Shown here piece by piece: positions 1-9,222 of a stretch of 64,000 nt of DNA. The notes beneath the pieces are model-generated. The model was not told where the DNA came from. It worked only from the letters and a program-made list of their open reading frames with translations, and searched no databases. Source of the stretch: Bdellovibrionota bacterium (GTDB taxonomy: Bacteria > Bdellovibrionota_C > UBA2361 > JBGSMV01); NCBI GenBank assembly GCA_044356455.1, contig JBIKWF010000008.1, positions 15,304 to 79,303 of the forward strand, in the 5' to 3' direction. Made by a program: the position numbers and the translations under genes. Every line of letters starts with the position of its first letter. The stretch's first letter is position 1.

Positions 1-1301
1 AAGCTCATCTTTGCACGTGCAGTCTGAACGCTTTCTTCCGAAAGTGGAGTGCCATCGACTCGAATCACTCCCTTCTGCGGGAAGTAGAACCCAAGTAGGA
101 GATGCACTATCGAACTTTTTCCAGCCCCGGAGGGCCCCACAAGTGCAGTGAACGAACCTGGCTCTAAGGTGAAGGACACTTCTTTTAAGACAGGGGTTTC
201 AGCTCGCGAGGGGTAAGCAAACGACACAGATTCAAATTCAACTCGCACAGGAGAGCTCGAGGGCGCCGAAGGAGCCGCGGGAAGTAAGGATGCGTCAGAT
301 TTATCTCCAATCAAAACGTGGCCTTGAAGAAGATCGAAAACACGCTCCGACCCGCCCACGGCTTGCACAAACTCGGTATAGGCACCGATAAGGAAGGCGA
401 AAGAGACAGCCACGATCGCAGCGTACATAAGAAAAGCGGTAAGGTCGCCCACTGAAAGGCTGCTCGATTGGACGAGCATCAGCCCATAAAACACCACGAG
501 CACGAGAAAGACGTTCATTAAGAAGTTTACGAATGATGCGAAGAATGAGGCAATTTCCGAGCGCCTGATTCCTAACGAAAGCGCTTCTTGATTATGGTTC
601 CGAAAGCGCTCGGCCTCGCTACGTTCCCGAGAGAAGGCTTTTACAATACGGTTTCCAGAGAAAACTTCTTCAGCTACCGTAGTAATAGTTCCTAAGGCCT
701 TTTGCTGAGCCTTTGAAACCGCTTTCAGGCGCTTCCCTAGCACCATGCTAATTCCAACCAGAAGTGGAAGGCCCAGCACGAGGGCCGCGGTCATCTTCGG
801 TGAGAGAAAGAGCATAAGCCCTATACCCACTAGAACTTGTAGCCCGTAGCGAATCAGCACAGAGAGCTTAATGCTGACCGCATCTTGAATCTGGGCGGTA
901 TCAGCGGTCAGGCGCGAAACCAGATCGCCGGAGCGATTAAGGTCGAAGAATTCAACGGAGCGAGCAAGAAGCGAGTTAAAGAGACGCGTGCGCAAGTCGG
1001 CGACGGCTCTTTGACCGATCACGGCAAAGAGCAACGCGCGGTAATAGAAGCTTAAACCCTGAATCGCAAAAAGTGCCGCGAGAGCTCCGCAGGCCCAAAA
1101 AGGGTGCGTCAGGATCTGAGGAAGGGCATCGGTATTGAGAGCAAAGCGGATAATCTGCGGGAATGCCAGATTGATGCCACTTCCCACGGCAAGTGCGACG
1201 AGAGCACAAGCAAAGGCCTTGCGATGCGGTTTTACGAGGCCAAGGATTTGCCGAGCGGCGGGCACGTTAAACTTACGGGATGTCTTTTCTTTGCTGGTCA
1301 C
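1..1301 (-). CDS. ABC transporter permease/ATP-binding protein, MsbA-like exporter (partial; C-terminus lies beyond the window start)
   Basis: Hand translation of the minus strand gives one open frame from a GTG near 1301 to the window edge. It has several hydrophobic TM segments, then a Walker A motif GPSGAGKSS near position 100. The six-frame track omits it because it runs off the edge. Confidence 0.8.
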   Translation of the reverse strand, partial: MTSKEKTSRKFNVPAARQILGLVKPHRKAFACALVALAVGSGINLAFPQIIRFALNTDALPQILTHPFWACGALAALFAIQGLSFYYRALLFAVIGQRAVADLRTRLFNSLLARSVEFFDLNRSGDLVSRLTADTAQIQDAVSIKLSVLIRYGLQVLVGIGLMLFLSPKMTAALVLGLPLLVGISMVLGKRLKAVSKAQQKALGTITTVAEEVFSGNRIVKAFSRERSEAERFRNHNQEALSLGIRRSEIASFFASFVNFLMNVFLVLVVFYGLMLVQSSSLSVGDLTAFLMYAAIVAVSFAFLIGAYTEFVQAVGGSERVFDLLQGHVLIGDKSDASLLPAAPSAPSSSPVRVEFESVSFAYPSRAETPVLKEVSFTLEPGSFTALVGPSGAGKSSIVHLLLGFYFPQKGVIRVDGTPLSEESVQTARAKMS

Positions 1302-1367
1302 CCTCTACCTTTACCAGGGAGTGCTCGAGGGCGCTACCGGTGGTGAGATTTTCTACGGGACAGACTC

Positions 1368-1556
1368 CTAGGGAACCTCTGAAAAAGTCCCCCTTCGTGC
1401 TCTTCGCGTCCCCGGCTCCGCCAAAGCTGCGCCGCGGCCGCACTTAAGCCAGGCTCGGCGCAGACGGCTTCGCGTTAAACCCAAACATCACTAGCACACG
1501 ATATTTTAGGGAATAACGCGAAGGGGAAATTAAAACTTCTTCAGAGGCTCCCTAGA
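1368..1556. repeat. MITE-like dispersed repeat, copy A (subfamily with cgcgtcc...gcgttaaacccaaacat core)
   Basis: Left end is ctagggaacctctgaaaaag and the right end is its inverted copy cttcttcagaggctccctag. Intergenic. The termini are shared with 7 other copies. Confidence 0.7.
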
Positions 1557-1728
1557 AGACTTGAGAGGAACGCCGCTAGTTCCAGCGTAAGGGCTGGATA
1601 TCATCAACCCCATACAAATGTCATAAGTCGCCAGGTGCGCAGGAGTAGTAAGGGGCCCAGAATCCGGGTAGCATGTTATTCACAAGTGAATGTTCCACAG
1701 AAGCTTCTCCAAATATTTGCGGACGATT

Positions 1729-2286
1729 ATGAGAGCATTGTCGCGTTTGTATTCTTTTCTTCTCCTTGGATTACTTGCCTGTGTTTTCAATATCGACATC
1801 GCTGCGGGCGAACCCCTTAAACGCTACGACGGCAAAATGGTAAGTTTCTCTTATCCCGCTGGTTGGAAGATGAAGCCCGGATTCCTCAGCGGACTCGAGT
1901 ATAATATCATGATTGAGAATGACGAATCGGCGATACTTTTCATCACCTTTCATGACTATTCTGACAAAAAGATTCTCAAAGAGATCATTCGAGAGGATCA
2001 GATAAATACGCCAGAGACTCCGGTTTCGGAGACTGCCGGGACCTTGAGCGAGGTGCGCCGTTCGTTTGGGGGAAAGATATACTCAGGATTTCGTCGTGAA
2101 TATTCAGTAACTTTGTCAGGGGACATCTTCTCGATAAGTAAGTCCAAAATGCGAAAGGAGTACTTTTTGATCGACTGTAAGCCGCGCTCGGTTGAGGTCG
2201 CCGCGCAGGCTTCGGACGCGGAATGGCCCGAGCTTGATCGTGTCGTGGCAACGGTTGCAGATACTTTGGAATTACGATGCCGTTGA
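1729..2286 (+). CDS. hypothetical secreted protein
   Basis: ORF 1690-2286. The internal start MRALSRLYSFLLLGLLACVF reads as a signal peptide. No recognisable domain. Confidence 0.45.
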   Translation: MRALSRLYSFLLLGLLACVFNIDIAAGEPLKRYDGKMVSFSYPAGWKMKPGFLSGLEYNIMIENDESAILFITFHDYSDKKILKEIIREDQINTPETPVSETAGTLSEVRRSFGGKIYSGFRREYSVTLSGDIFSISKSKMRKEYFLIDCKPRSVEVAAQASDAEWPELDRVVATVADTLELRCR

Positions 2287-2570
2287 CGAGCACGGGTATC
2301 TGGTAAAAAATCTCTCGAAGGCATCGGTCTCTTTCCAGTTTCAAATAGGCCAATGAGCGTTTGGCCAGAGCTGCGGTTAACCAACTGTCGCCCCGCGGGA
2401 CTGTGCACGAAAGCTTCAGCGAGCGGTGAACTGAGAGCTCCTGTGCCCTATTAATCAAAATGCACCTGAAGGTCTTAGTCTCGGAGTCGCGATGAACGCC
2501 GTAATCGTGACAGGGTATAGATCGTATCTTATTTCTTGCATTTTAGTGCCCTGAACACTAAAATCCATAT

Positions 2571-3821
2571 ATGCAATATAACTATAGATATTTACAGCAT
2601 ATTCTAGCTCAGGCATCCCCCGATTTCCGGGTTCTCCTGATTACAGGCCCCCGGCGCGCCGGTAAAAGCACTTTCGCCAAGCACATCCAATCTTTATGGA
2701 ACGGAGGCAGCTACAACAGCTTCGATACCCCGCTTGAACAGGCGCGTTTTAACGCCGATCCCATTGGTTTCCTGCGCTCACTTGCCCTGCCCGCAATTCT
2801 TGATGAAGTGCAGAACGTGCCTGAGCTTTTCAACTACCTAAAGGCTGAAGTCGATCGTAATCCAGGCGCAGGCTGCCAGTATATTCTAACTGGCAGCCAG
2901 CAGTTTCAGGTGATGAGGAATGTTTCAGAAAGTCTAGCCGGACGAATTCAGATTAAAGAGCTACTCCCCTTTTCCGTCGGAGAGGCAAGGCGAAGCGATC
3001 CGGAACGAATACGCCGCAACCTGGAGACGCTCCTGGCGGGGCGCAGCGGCTTCGAAGTTCCAAAATCAGACCAGCCGGTTTTGATTCCTCAGCTGCTTGA
3101 AGTTGGCGGATTTCCACAATCAGTCCTAGCCTCGAGTGAGCAGTCTCGTTTCGAATGGTTTAGTGGATACATAGAAACCTATATTCAGCGGGATATTAGA
3201 TCGCTCAGCAATATTCAGAATCTCTCGGCGTTCTCTCGATTCGTATCGCTCATCGCGGGACGCACCGCACAACTGCTCAATCATTCTGAGATTGGGAAAG
3301 ATATTGGTATCAATTACAAAACGGCACAGCACTATCTCTCTCTTTTGGAGAGCTCATATCTCTGGCAACCGTTACTGCCATACTACAAAGCGGGCTCAGA
3401 GAAGCGACTCACTAAAAGCCCTAAAGGCATTCTGATCGATACGGGCGTTGCGATGTATATGACCGGATTGCGCAAAGAAGGGGTAATGCGAAACCCGATG
3501 TATGGCGCCTTGTTTGAATCGTTGGTGATCAGCGACCTCCTTAAGTTGTGTAAATCTTTTGGGCATCGAGTCGTTGCATGCCATTATCGTGCCACCGAGG
3601 CGGCTGAGGTCGATCTGGTTTTAGATCTTGGTTCTTCGATCGTTCCCATCGAGATCAAGGCCTCTGCATCACCTGATGCAAGTTGGACCAGAGGTATAAA
3701 GTCACTGCGCAAGGCGATGAGCCTACCCCCAGACTATCCAGGATTCGTGCTTTCACTCTTAGATGAAGTAAAGCCACTCGGGCCAGGGATCGTAAATGTT
3801 CCTTTTCAGGCTTTTGTCTAG
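2571..3821 (+). CDS. AAA+ ATPase with C-terminal DUF4143 (COG1373-type ATP-binding protein)
   Basis: N-terminal Walker A ITGPRRAGKST. The 416 aa architecture is typical of AAA_14/DUF4143 proteins. Confidence 0.75.
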   Translation: MQYNYRYLQHILAQASPDFRVLLITGPRRAGKSTFAKHIQSLWNGGSYNSFDTPLEQARFNADPIGFLRSLALPAILDEVQNVPELFNYLKAEVDRNPGAGCQYILTGSQQFQVMRNVSESLAGRIQIKELLPFSVGEARRSDPERIRRNLETLLAGRSGFEVPKSDQPVLIPQLLEVGGFPQSVLASSEQSRFEWFSGYIETYIQRDIRSLSNIQNLSAFSRFVSLIAGRTAQLLNHSEIGKDIGINYKTAQHYLSLLESSYLWQPLLPYYKAGSEKRLTKSPKGILIDTGVAMYMTGLRKEGVMRNPMYGALFESLVISDLLKLCKSFGHRVVACHYRATEAAEVDLVLDLGSSIVPIEIKASASPDASWTRGIKSLRKAMSLPPDYPGFVLSLLDEVKPLGPGIVNVPFQAFV

Positions 3822-4012
3822 AAGTGATTTCACAACGACTGTCTCAAGGGCGCTTAAAGTTCCGGAGCTTTCTGCGCGGTGTTCGAGTGTCATGTGTGAT
3901 CTAAGGCGCGAGTCTGTTAGGTTGTTATGCAGTACATTGTCACGCATAGGAAAGGACGGATAGACTTGTCTCGCGATTTGTCTTGTAGGTAAGTGGCACT
4001 ATTCCTTAGACT

Positions 4013-4786
4013 ATGGACACAACGGTGCTATCACTAATCCAAGTGTTTTTCTTTGGGAGATTTACCATGCGATATGGAACTACAAGGATGTTTACCTCGA
4101 AAGTGAACACCCCTGCGCCAATCTCCTTCGAATCGACTCTAGGCTCTTCACCTCAGTTAGTGAGCGGTAAACTTTTTGAGGGGTTAGGAGCGGGGCTTTT
4201 GAGGCAAGGCAAAAAGTGCGGCGCCAAAGAGTGCGGGGCAGGTGCACTCGTCCTTGTCATGGGCTGTATAACCATAGGCTCTCTCTTCCCCGTGGGAGTA
4301 TCTCTGAACTTCATGGGGCCACGTGAAGCCTTTGCAGCTTCAACCAAGGAGACAGTTTTCGTGCAGGTCCAAACAACTTCTCTTCGCTCAGGCCCTCAAG
4401 CTTGGGCTAAGTCCATTACCGAGCTGCGTTATGGGGACAGGCTTAGCCTTCTTGATTCCGTTTCTAAGGATCAATCAACAGGGGTTCCTGGTTGGTTAAA
4501 GGTTCAGAAGGGCGGCACACAAGGCTACGTTCATCTTTCTGCAATTACTTCTCGCACCGTAGTGATTCAAGGCAAGTCAGGCGGGACAGGCACTAACTTA
4601 AGTTCCGGAGATGTCGTGCTTGCAGGTAAGGGCTTCAATGCTGATGTAGAGCGCTCCTACTCAGGAAAGCGCTCGGGGAGCAATTTTGCGGAGGTCGATC
4701 GCATGGAGGCTCGCCGAGTCAGTAATGGCGAAGTTGCAAGCTTCATCTCAGCTGGTCGACTTGGACTTAAGGGAGGAAAGTCATGA
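4013..4786 (+). CDS. hypothetical protein with a bacterial SH3-like domain
   Basis: The segment VFVQVQTTSLRSGPQAWAKSITELRYGDRLSLLD...GWLKVQ resembles an SH3b fold. Its stop overlaps the next gene as ATGA. The exact start is uncertain. Confidence 0.45.
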   Translation: MDTTVLSLIQVFFFGRFTMRYGTTRMFTSKVNTPAPISFESTLGSSPQLVSGKLFEGLGAGLLRQGKKCGAKECGAGALVLVMGCITIGSLFPVGVSLNFMGPREAFAASTKETVFVQVQTTSLRSGPQAWAKSITELRYGDRLSLLDSVSKDQSTGVPGWLKVQKGGTQGYVHLSAITSRTVVIQGKSGGTGTNLSSGDVVLAGKGFNADVERSYSGKRSGSNFAEVDRMEARRVSNGEVASFISAGRLGLKGGKS

Positions 4787-5709
4787 AAATAAAAACACTT
4801 TCTGGGGCTTCCCTTCTTATTCTTTCCGCACTTGCAAACGCGGGGTGTGCCAATCAGAACTTTCGCGATATTACGTCAACGGTACTTGGTCAGACAGGAT
4901 ATGTATCGGCATCCCAAGCCGAGTCCTTGCTCAGGGCAGGAGAGGGAGTAGTTCAGGCTGCGACACCTCTTACTGAGGAGCAGGAATACTACCTCGGGCG
5001 AGGCGTGGCAGCGGCTATTTTGGGACGTTACAAGCCTCTGAAAAATGACGCAGTCCAGCGCTATGTAAACGTAGTTGGCCGCACGGTGGCGGCGTTTTCC
5101 GATCGGCCCGACACCTTCAAAGGATATCGATTCTTGGTTCTCGACTCCAATGAAGTAAACGCAATGGCAGCCCCCTCGGGTTTTATTTTCATCACGCGGG
5201 GTTTACTTCGTAATCTAAAGACTGAGGATGAACTTGCAGGAGTGCTTGCGCATGAAGTTGCGCATGTCGTGCATGCGGACGGTGTGAATGCAATTTCAAG
5301 CAGCAAGCTCACAAAGGCCGTGGCCTTAGTGGGTCAGGAAGTGCTTGCTTCCCAGGGGCCCGCAGAGCTTGCCGAAATAACAAACCTCTTTAGTGAGAGT
5401 GTGAATGAAGTCGTTGAGACTCTGGTCACGAACGGCTATTCGAGATCTCAGGAGTATGACGCTGACGAGTATGCTCGCGAGCTTTTGCTCCGCGCAGGGT
5501 ATGACCCTGATGCGCTCGCGCGCTCCCTTCAGACGCTTGAGAACGTGAGCGCCAGCGCGCAAGGTCTTGGCGGGTGGTATTCAACTCATCCTAGTCCCAA
5601 GAAACGTCGCGAGGAACTTGAAGAGGAAACTTCGAAGAGTCCCACGGCAAGCATTGGGCTGGGGACGCGAACTGCGCGCTTCAAGAATGGGGTTTCTGGT
5701 CTAAAATGA
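4783..5709 (+). CDS. M48 family Zn-metallopeptidase lipoprotein (BepA/YfgC-like)
   Basis: Signal peptide plus lipobox LANAGC. HEXXH motif HEVAHVVH. Confidence 0.8.
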   Translation: MKIKTLSGASLLILSALANAGCANQNFRDITSTVLGQTGYVSASQAESLLRAGEGVVQAATPLTEEQEYYLGRGVAAAILGRYKPLKNDAVQRYVNVVGRTVAAFSDRPDTFKGYRFLVLDSNEVNAMAAPSGFIFITRGLLRNLKTEDELAGVLAHEVAHVVHADGVNAISSSKLTKAVALVGQEVLASQGPAELAEITNLFSESVNEVVETLVTNGYSRSQEYDADEYARELLLRAGYDPDALARSLQTLENVSASAQGLGGWYSTHPSPKKRREELEEETSKSPTASIGLGTRTARFKNGVSGLK

Positions 5710-5761
5710 GTGATTGCTGGGCACGGAAACGGTAGATCGGTGGGTTGCCTCGCGTAGTAAC

Positions 5762-5909
5762 CTAGGGAACCTCTGAAAAAGTCAACCTTCGCGCTCTTCG
5801 CGTCCTTCGCGTTAAACCCAAACATTGCGGGTACGCGATATATTGCGAAATAACGCGAAGGACGCCGAGGACGCGAAGGGGAAGAAGAGGTTTTTCAAAG
5901 GCTCCTTAG
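5762..5909. repeat. MITE-like dispersed repeat, copy B
   Basis: Termini cctagggaacctctgaaaaag ... tttttcaaaggctccttag. The core cgcgctcttcgcgtccttcgcgttaaacccaaacat is shared with copy A. Confidence 0.7.
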
Positions 5910-5926
5910 CTAACCCGAAACAAGAT

Positions 5927-8053
5927 ATGGCCACGAAGGACACCCAAAGCTTTCGAGCAAGAGCCTTTGGGCTTACGGTTCTTATTGCGTCCTTGCTTGC
6001 CACCATAGTCACCCTATCGGGTTTCAAGGGTTTCGAAGAAATCGAGTACCGAACCTGGGATTGGCGCCTGGAGTTCATGGCAACGCCGCCGCGTGTGACT
6101 CCCCTTCGAATTATAACGATTGATCAGCCTTCCCTCGACTACTTAGCGCGGGAGGAGGGTCACGTCTGGCCCTGGCCCCGAGGGGTATATGAGGCAGTAC
6201 TGCAGTACTTGAAGAGCGCCGGTGCAAAAGCGGTAGCCTTTGATATCTTGCTTACTGAGCCGTCCTCTTACGGAGTCGATGACGATGATGCGTTAGGCGC
6301 CGCGGTGAAAGGAACTCTGCCCGTGGTAAGCGCTCTTACCATGACAGAGGCGCCCTCCGATGAAAGTGAAGAGGACCTTAAGCGCTACCAGGAAAAGCAA
6401 TCGCAGCGCGAAGAATTGCTGCGTCAGTTTAAGCTCCCTCCACGCGCTATCGTTCCCCTTCGTGGAGTAACCCTCCCCATCAGGCAGCTCATTGATAGCT
6501 CTGCCATGCTTGCTGACGTGAAGGGAGAGCCAGATAGCGACGGAAACTATAGGCATATTATTCCTGCTGCGTTTCTTACTTCGAATCCCGAATTAAAAGT
6601 GCTTCGCCTTCCCTTTGCGCTTTATTCTCTAGCCTTTCCGGGCACGCCAGTTGATTTTACCAAATGGGTAGACGCGGAAGGCAGGCTCACCATTCGCTAC
6701 GTTGGTCCTAAGGGAACTATTCCTACGGAGTCTTTTGCGAATGTGTACCTTAGCTGGCAGAATCTTATTGCCGAGACATCTCCTAAAGTGCCTCTCGCTA
6801 ATTTCAAAGATGCTGTAGTTCTTATCGGGATGGACGCACCGGGATTGCTCGATCTGCGACCCACTCCTCTTGCTCCCAATTTCCCCGGAGTGGAGCTCAA
6901 TGCCACGGTCATTCAAAATTTGCTGGATCACAGCTTCATAAGGAAGCCGGAGCGGCACTGGGTTTTGCTGGGAACTATTCTTGCCATAGGCCTCGTCGCT
7001 GCGGTGAGTCTTTTCCTTTCAGGGCCTACCCAAGTTCTCTCGATTATTCTTTTGTTCTCTGGCTATCTCTTTGCAAGCTTCGCTGCGGCTGAGGCGGGTT
7101 GGTGGATACCCTTTGTTACCCCCGCGCTTAGTATGGTGGGCACTTTGCTTGCGAGTCTCACGGTGCTGTATGTGGGGGAAGGTAGGCAGCGCCGGTTTTT
7201 AAAAGATGCATTTCGATTCTATGTAAGCCCGTCAATTATTGACCGCATTGTAGAGGACCCGCGCCAACTTGAGCTTGGAGGAGAGCGCCGAGAGCTTACG
7301 ATATTTTTCAGCGATATTGTGGGCTTCACCACCATCTCGGAAACACTCGAGGCGGGACAGCTTGTATCGATGCTTAACACGTATCTGTCGAACATCACCG
7401 AAATAATTCTGCGCTACGGGGGTACCGTCGATAAATATGTAGGTGACGCGGTAGTGGCATTTTGGAACGCCCCGCTTTCGCAGCCCGACCATGCGGAGCG
7501 TGCAGTAGGCGCCGCACTTGAAGTCCAAGCAGAGCTTCTTAGGCTCCAAGTAGTTTTTGAGCGAGATTATAAGGTCACGGTAAAGACACGCATTGGACTG
7601 AACACGGGCATGGTCAGCGTGGGCAATTTTGGCTCCTCTGTTAGATTTAGTTACACCGTGATTGGTGACGCTGCGAATCTTGCTTCTCGCTTAGAGGGGG
7701 CAAATAAGTATCTTGGGTCCTCGATTCTTATGTCGGGCCGTACTTTCAAAATGCTTGGGTCCGCGCAGCGTGCACGGAGCCTTGGAACAATTAAAGTAGT
7801 GGGGAAGACGCATGGGGTTCCAGTCTATGAGCCGCTCGGCGAATCTCATCCGCTAAGAACTCAGCCTGAAAAAATGCAAACGTATGAGGCCGCCAGAGTG
7901 CGGTTTGAGAGAGGGGAGTTTGATGAAGCGCGCGAGCTTTTTGAAAAGCTTCCTGAAGATTCGGTGAGTGCTGCCTATCTTAGGCGCATCGCGGTAGAGG
8001 GTGCTCGCAAGGGTTTAGATTGGTCTCCGGAATGGAATCTTACGGAAAAGTAG
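5927..8053 (+). CDS. CHASE2 sensor domain-containing adenylate/guanylate cyclase (class III)
   Basis: N-terminal TM segment and periplasmic CHASE2-like region, then further TM segments. The cyclase core shows FSDIVGFTTISE and GDAVVAFWNAP motifs. The track ORF starts at 5825, but that lies inside repeat B, so I take the in-frame ATG at 5927. Confidence 0.8.
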   Translation: MATKDTQSFRARAFGLTVLIASLLATIVTLSGFKGFEEIEYRTWDWRLEFMATPPRVTPLRIITIDQPSLDYLAREEGHVWPWPRGVYEAVLQYLKSAGAKAVAFDILLTEPSSYGVDDDDALGAAVKGTLPVVSALTMTEAPSDESEEDLKRYQEKQSQREELLRQFKLPPRAIVPLRGVTLPIRQLIDSSAMLADVKGEPDSDGNYRHIIPAAFLTSNPELKVLRLPFALYSLAFPGTPVDFTKWVDAEGRLTIRYVGPKGTIPTESFANVYLSWQNLIAETSPKVPLANFKDAVVLIGMDAPGLLDLRPTPLAPNFPGVELNATVIQNLLDHSFIRKPERHWVLLGTILAIGLVAAVSLFLSGPTQVLSIILLFSGYLFASFAAAEAGWWIPFVTPALSMVGTLLASLTVLYVGEGRQRRFLKDAFRFYVSPSIIDRIVEDPRQLELGGERRELTIFFSDIVGFTTISETLEAGQLVSMLNTYLSNITEIILRYGGTVDKYVGDAVVAFWNAPLSQPDHAERAVGAALEVQAELLRLQVVFERDYKVTVKTRIGLNTGMVSVGNFGSSVRFSYTVIGDAANLASRLEGANKYLGSSILMSGRTFKMLGSAQRARSLGTIKVVGKTHGVPVYEPLGESHPLRTQPEKMQTYEAARVRFERGEFDEARELFEKLPEDSVSAAYLRRIAVEGARKGLDWSPEWNLTEK

Positions 8054-8081
8054 TAGTCATCTATTGCCGCCCGCAGGAGCC

Positions 8082-8687
8082 TCATGCCTTCATCAACTTA
8101 GCCGGCGCAAATTCCTTTAAGAGCTGAGGAATCTCGAGTTTCAATTCCACGAGGTTGTGCCTTACATAGTCCAGATCGAGATCCGTCACATTTCCAAAAA
8201 TCTCTTTGAGATCGTCAAGGTCTTGAAACCGATCAGGCGCGTTGCTCAGCGCGTAGCACTTTGCCAAAATGAGGTCTTCTGGCGTGATCACCGGGACGAC
8301 TTTGAACCCCAAATCAATCTTATTATGCTGTGCGCGCTCTACCGCTTGAGGCAGCCACGGCAATTCAGGCAGTAAAATATCAATTATTCCCTTACTCTCA
8401 TGAAGGGGCGGGCGGGAGGTTACCATGCAAACGGCTTTTCGGGCTTTCTCCTTGGGGCCGGCAGGAATAAATCCCAACATCGGTGTGAGCCCTATCTCTT
8501 GTATTACCTTTTCAGCTAACGCACGAGAATCTGAAAGCGGCTCCGCGATTAACGCAAAGTCAACGTCGCTTGTGACGCGCGCCTGGGAGCGATAGAGGCT
8601 CGCGGCGTGGCCACCAATCAGACAATATTTGCAGCCCAGCCTTTCAAATGCTGCTACCGCTTGCCGGAGTGTTTTAAGTGGGGTCAC
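8082..8687 (-). CDS. Pol-beta superfamily nucleotidyltransferase (candidate toxin of an AbiE/MNT-like pair)
   Basis: The motif LIGGHAASLY...SDVDFAL matches the G[GS]-x-n-DxD signature of minimal nucleotidyltransferases. It overlaps the upstream winged-helix gene by 14 bp. Confidence 0.55.
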   Translation of the reverse strand: MTPLKTLRQAVAAFERLGCKYCLIGGHAASLYRSQARVTSDVDFALIAEPLSDSRALAEKVIQEIGLTPMLGFIPAGPKEKARKAVCMVTSRPPLHESKGIIDILLPELPWLPQAVERAQHNKIDLGFKVVPVITPEDLILAKCYALSNAPDRFQDLDDLKEIFGNVTDLDLDYVRHNLVELKLEIPQLLKEFAPAKLMKA

Positions 8688-9087
8688 GCCGAGCCTTCTT
8701 TATCCGATGATAAAACTCATAGGTTTCATCCATCCATGTAAGTCTCTCAAAGGCACCTTGAGAAAATCTACTTGAGCGTTGGCGTAGGACGGCGTGTTCC
8801 TGCACGAGAAAGAATGCTTCTAGGCAATCGCGCTCCTCGTCTGAGAGCTTTAAACGTAAGCACCGACGATTGCCGACGCGTTTCTCGGCGAGGACACCAA
8901 CCTCCTTGAAGCGCCTTAAGATATCTGACACGCCGGCGGGAGAGAGCGAGGAATCTTTGGCAAGGTCGCGTAGATGTCGTTGCCCGTGACTAAGCATCAA
9001 GCGGCGGAGGACTTGCATCGTTGGCTGGCTGCAGAGGTGTTGAATGAGCGCGCCTGACATGAATATATCGTACGATTTTTCGAACAA
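8674..9087 (-). CDS. winged-helix DNA-binding regulator (candidate antitoxin/regulator)
   Basis: 137 aa, helix-turn-helix-like segment RHLRDLAKDSSLSPAGVSDILRRFKEVGVL. It is translationally coupled to the nucleotidyltransferase downstream. Confidence 0.5.
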   Translation of the reverse strand: MFEKSYDIFMSGALIQHLCSQPTMQVLRRLMLSHGQRHLRDLAKDSSLSPAGVSDILRRFKEVGVLAEKRVGNRRCLRLKLSDEERDCLEAFFLVQEHAVLRQRSSRFSQGAFERLTWMDETYEFYHRIKKARRDPT

Positions 9088-9222
9088 TTATTCAAGGAGG
9101 TTAGGCGAGGTGAGGGGTGAGGAAGTGAATTATGTTAAATGATTGCAGCGGGTTATGGCATCTTCTGAACGTGCAGATGGGTAGAGGACGCAAACGGCCT
9201 GCTTTGAGTGTCAGGTGCTGTG

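Noticed and set aside
976-1371. Track ORFs 976-1209(-), 1104-1346(+) and 1135-1371(+)
   Set aside because: These are embedded in or antisense to the long ABC-transporter reading frame, which continues without stops to the window edge.
5825-5926. Upstream ATG at 5825 as the start of the CHASE2 cyclase
   Set aside because: The first 34 codons lie inside MITE copy B and encode low-complexity KGKKRFFKG. The in-frame ATG at 5927 precedes the first TM helix.
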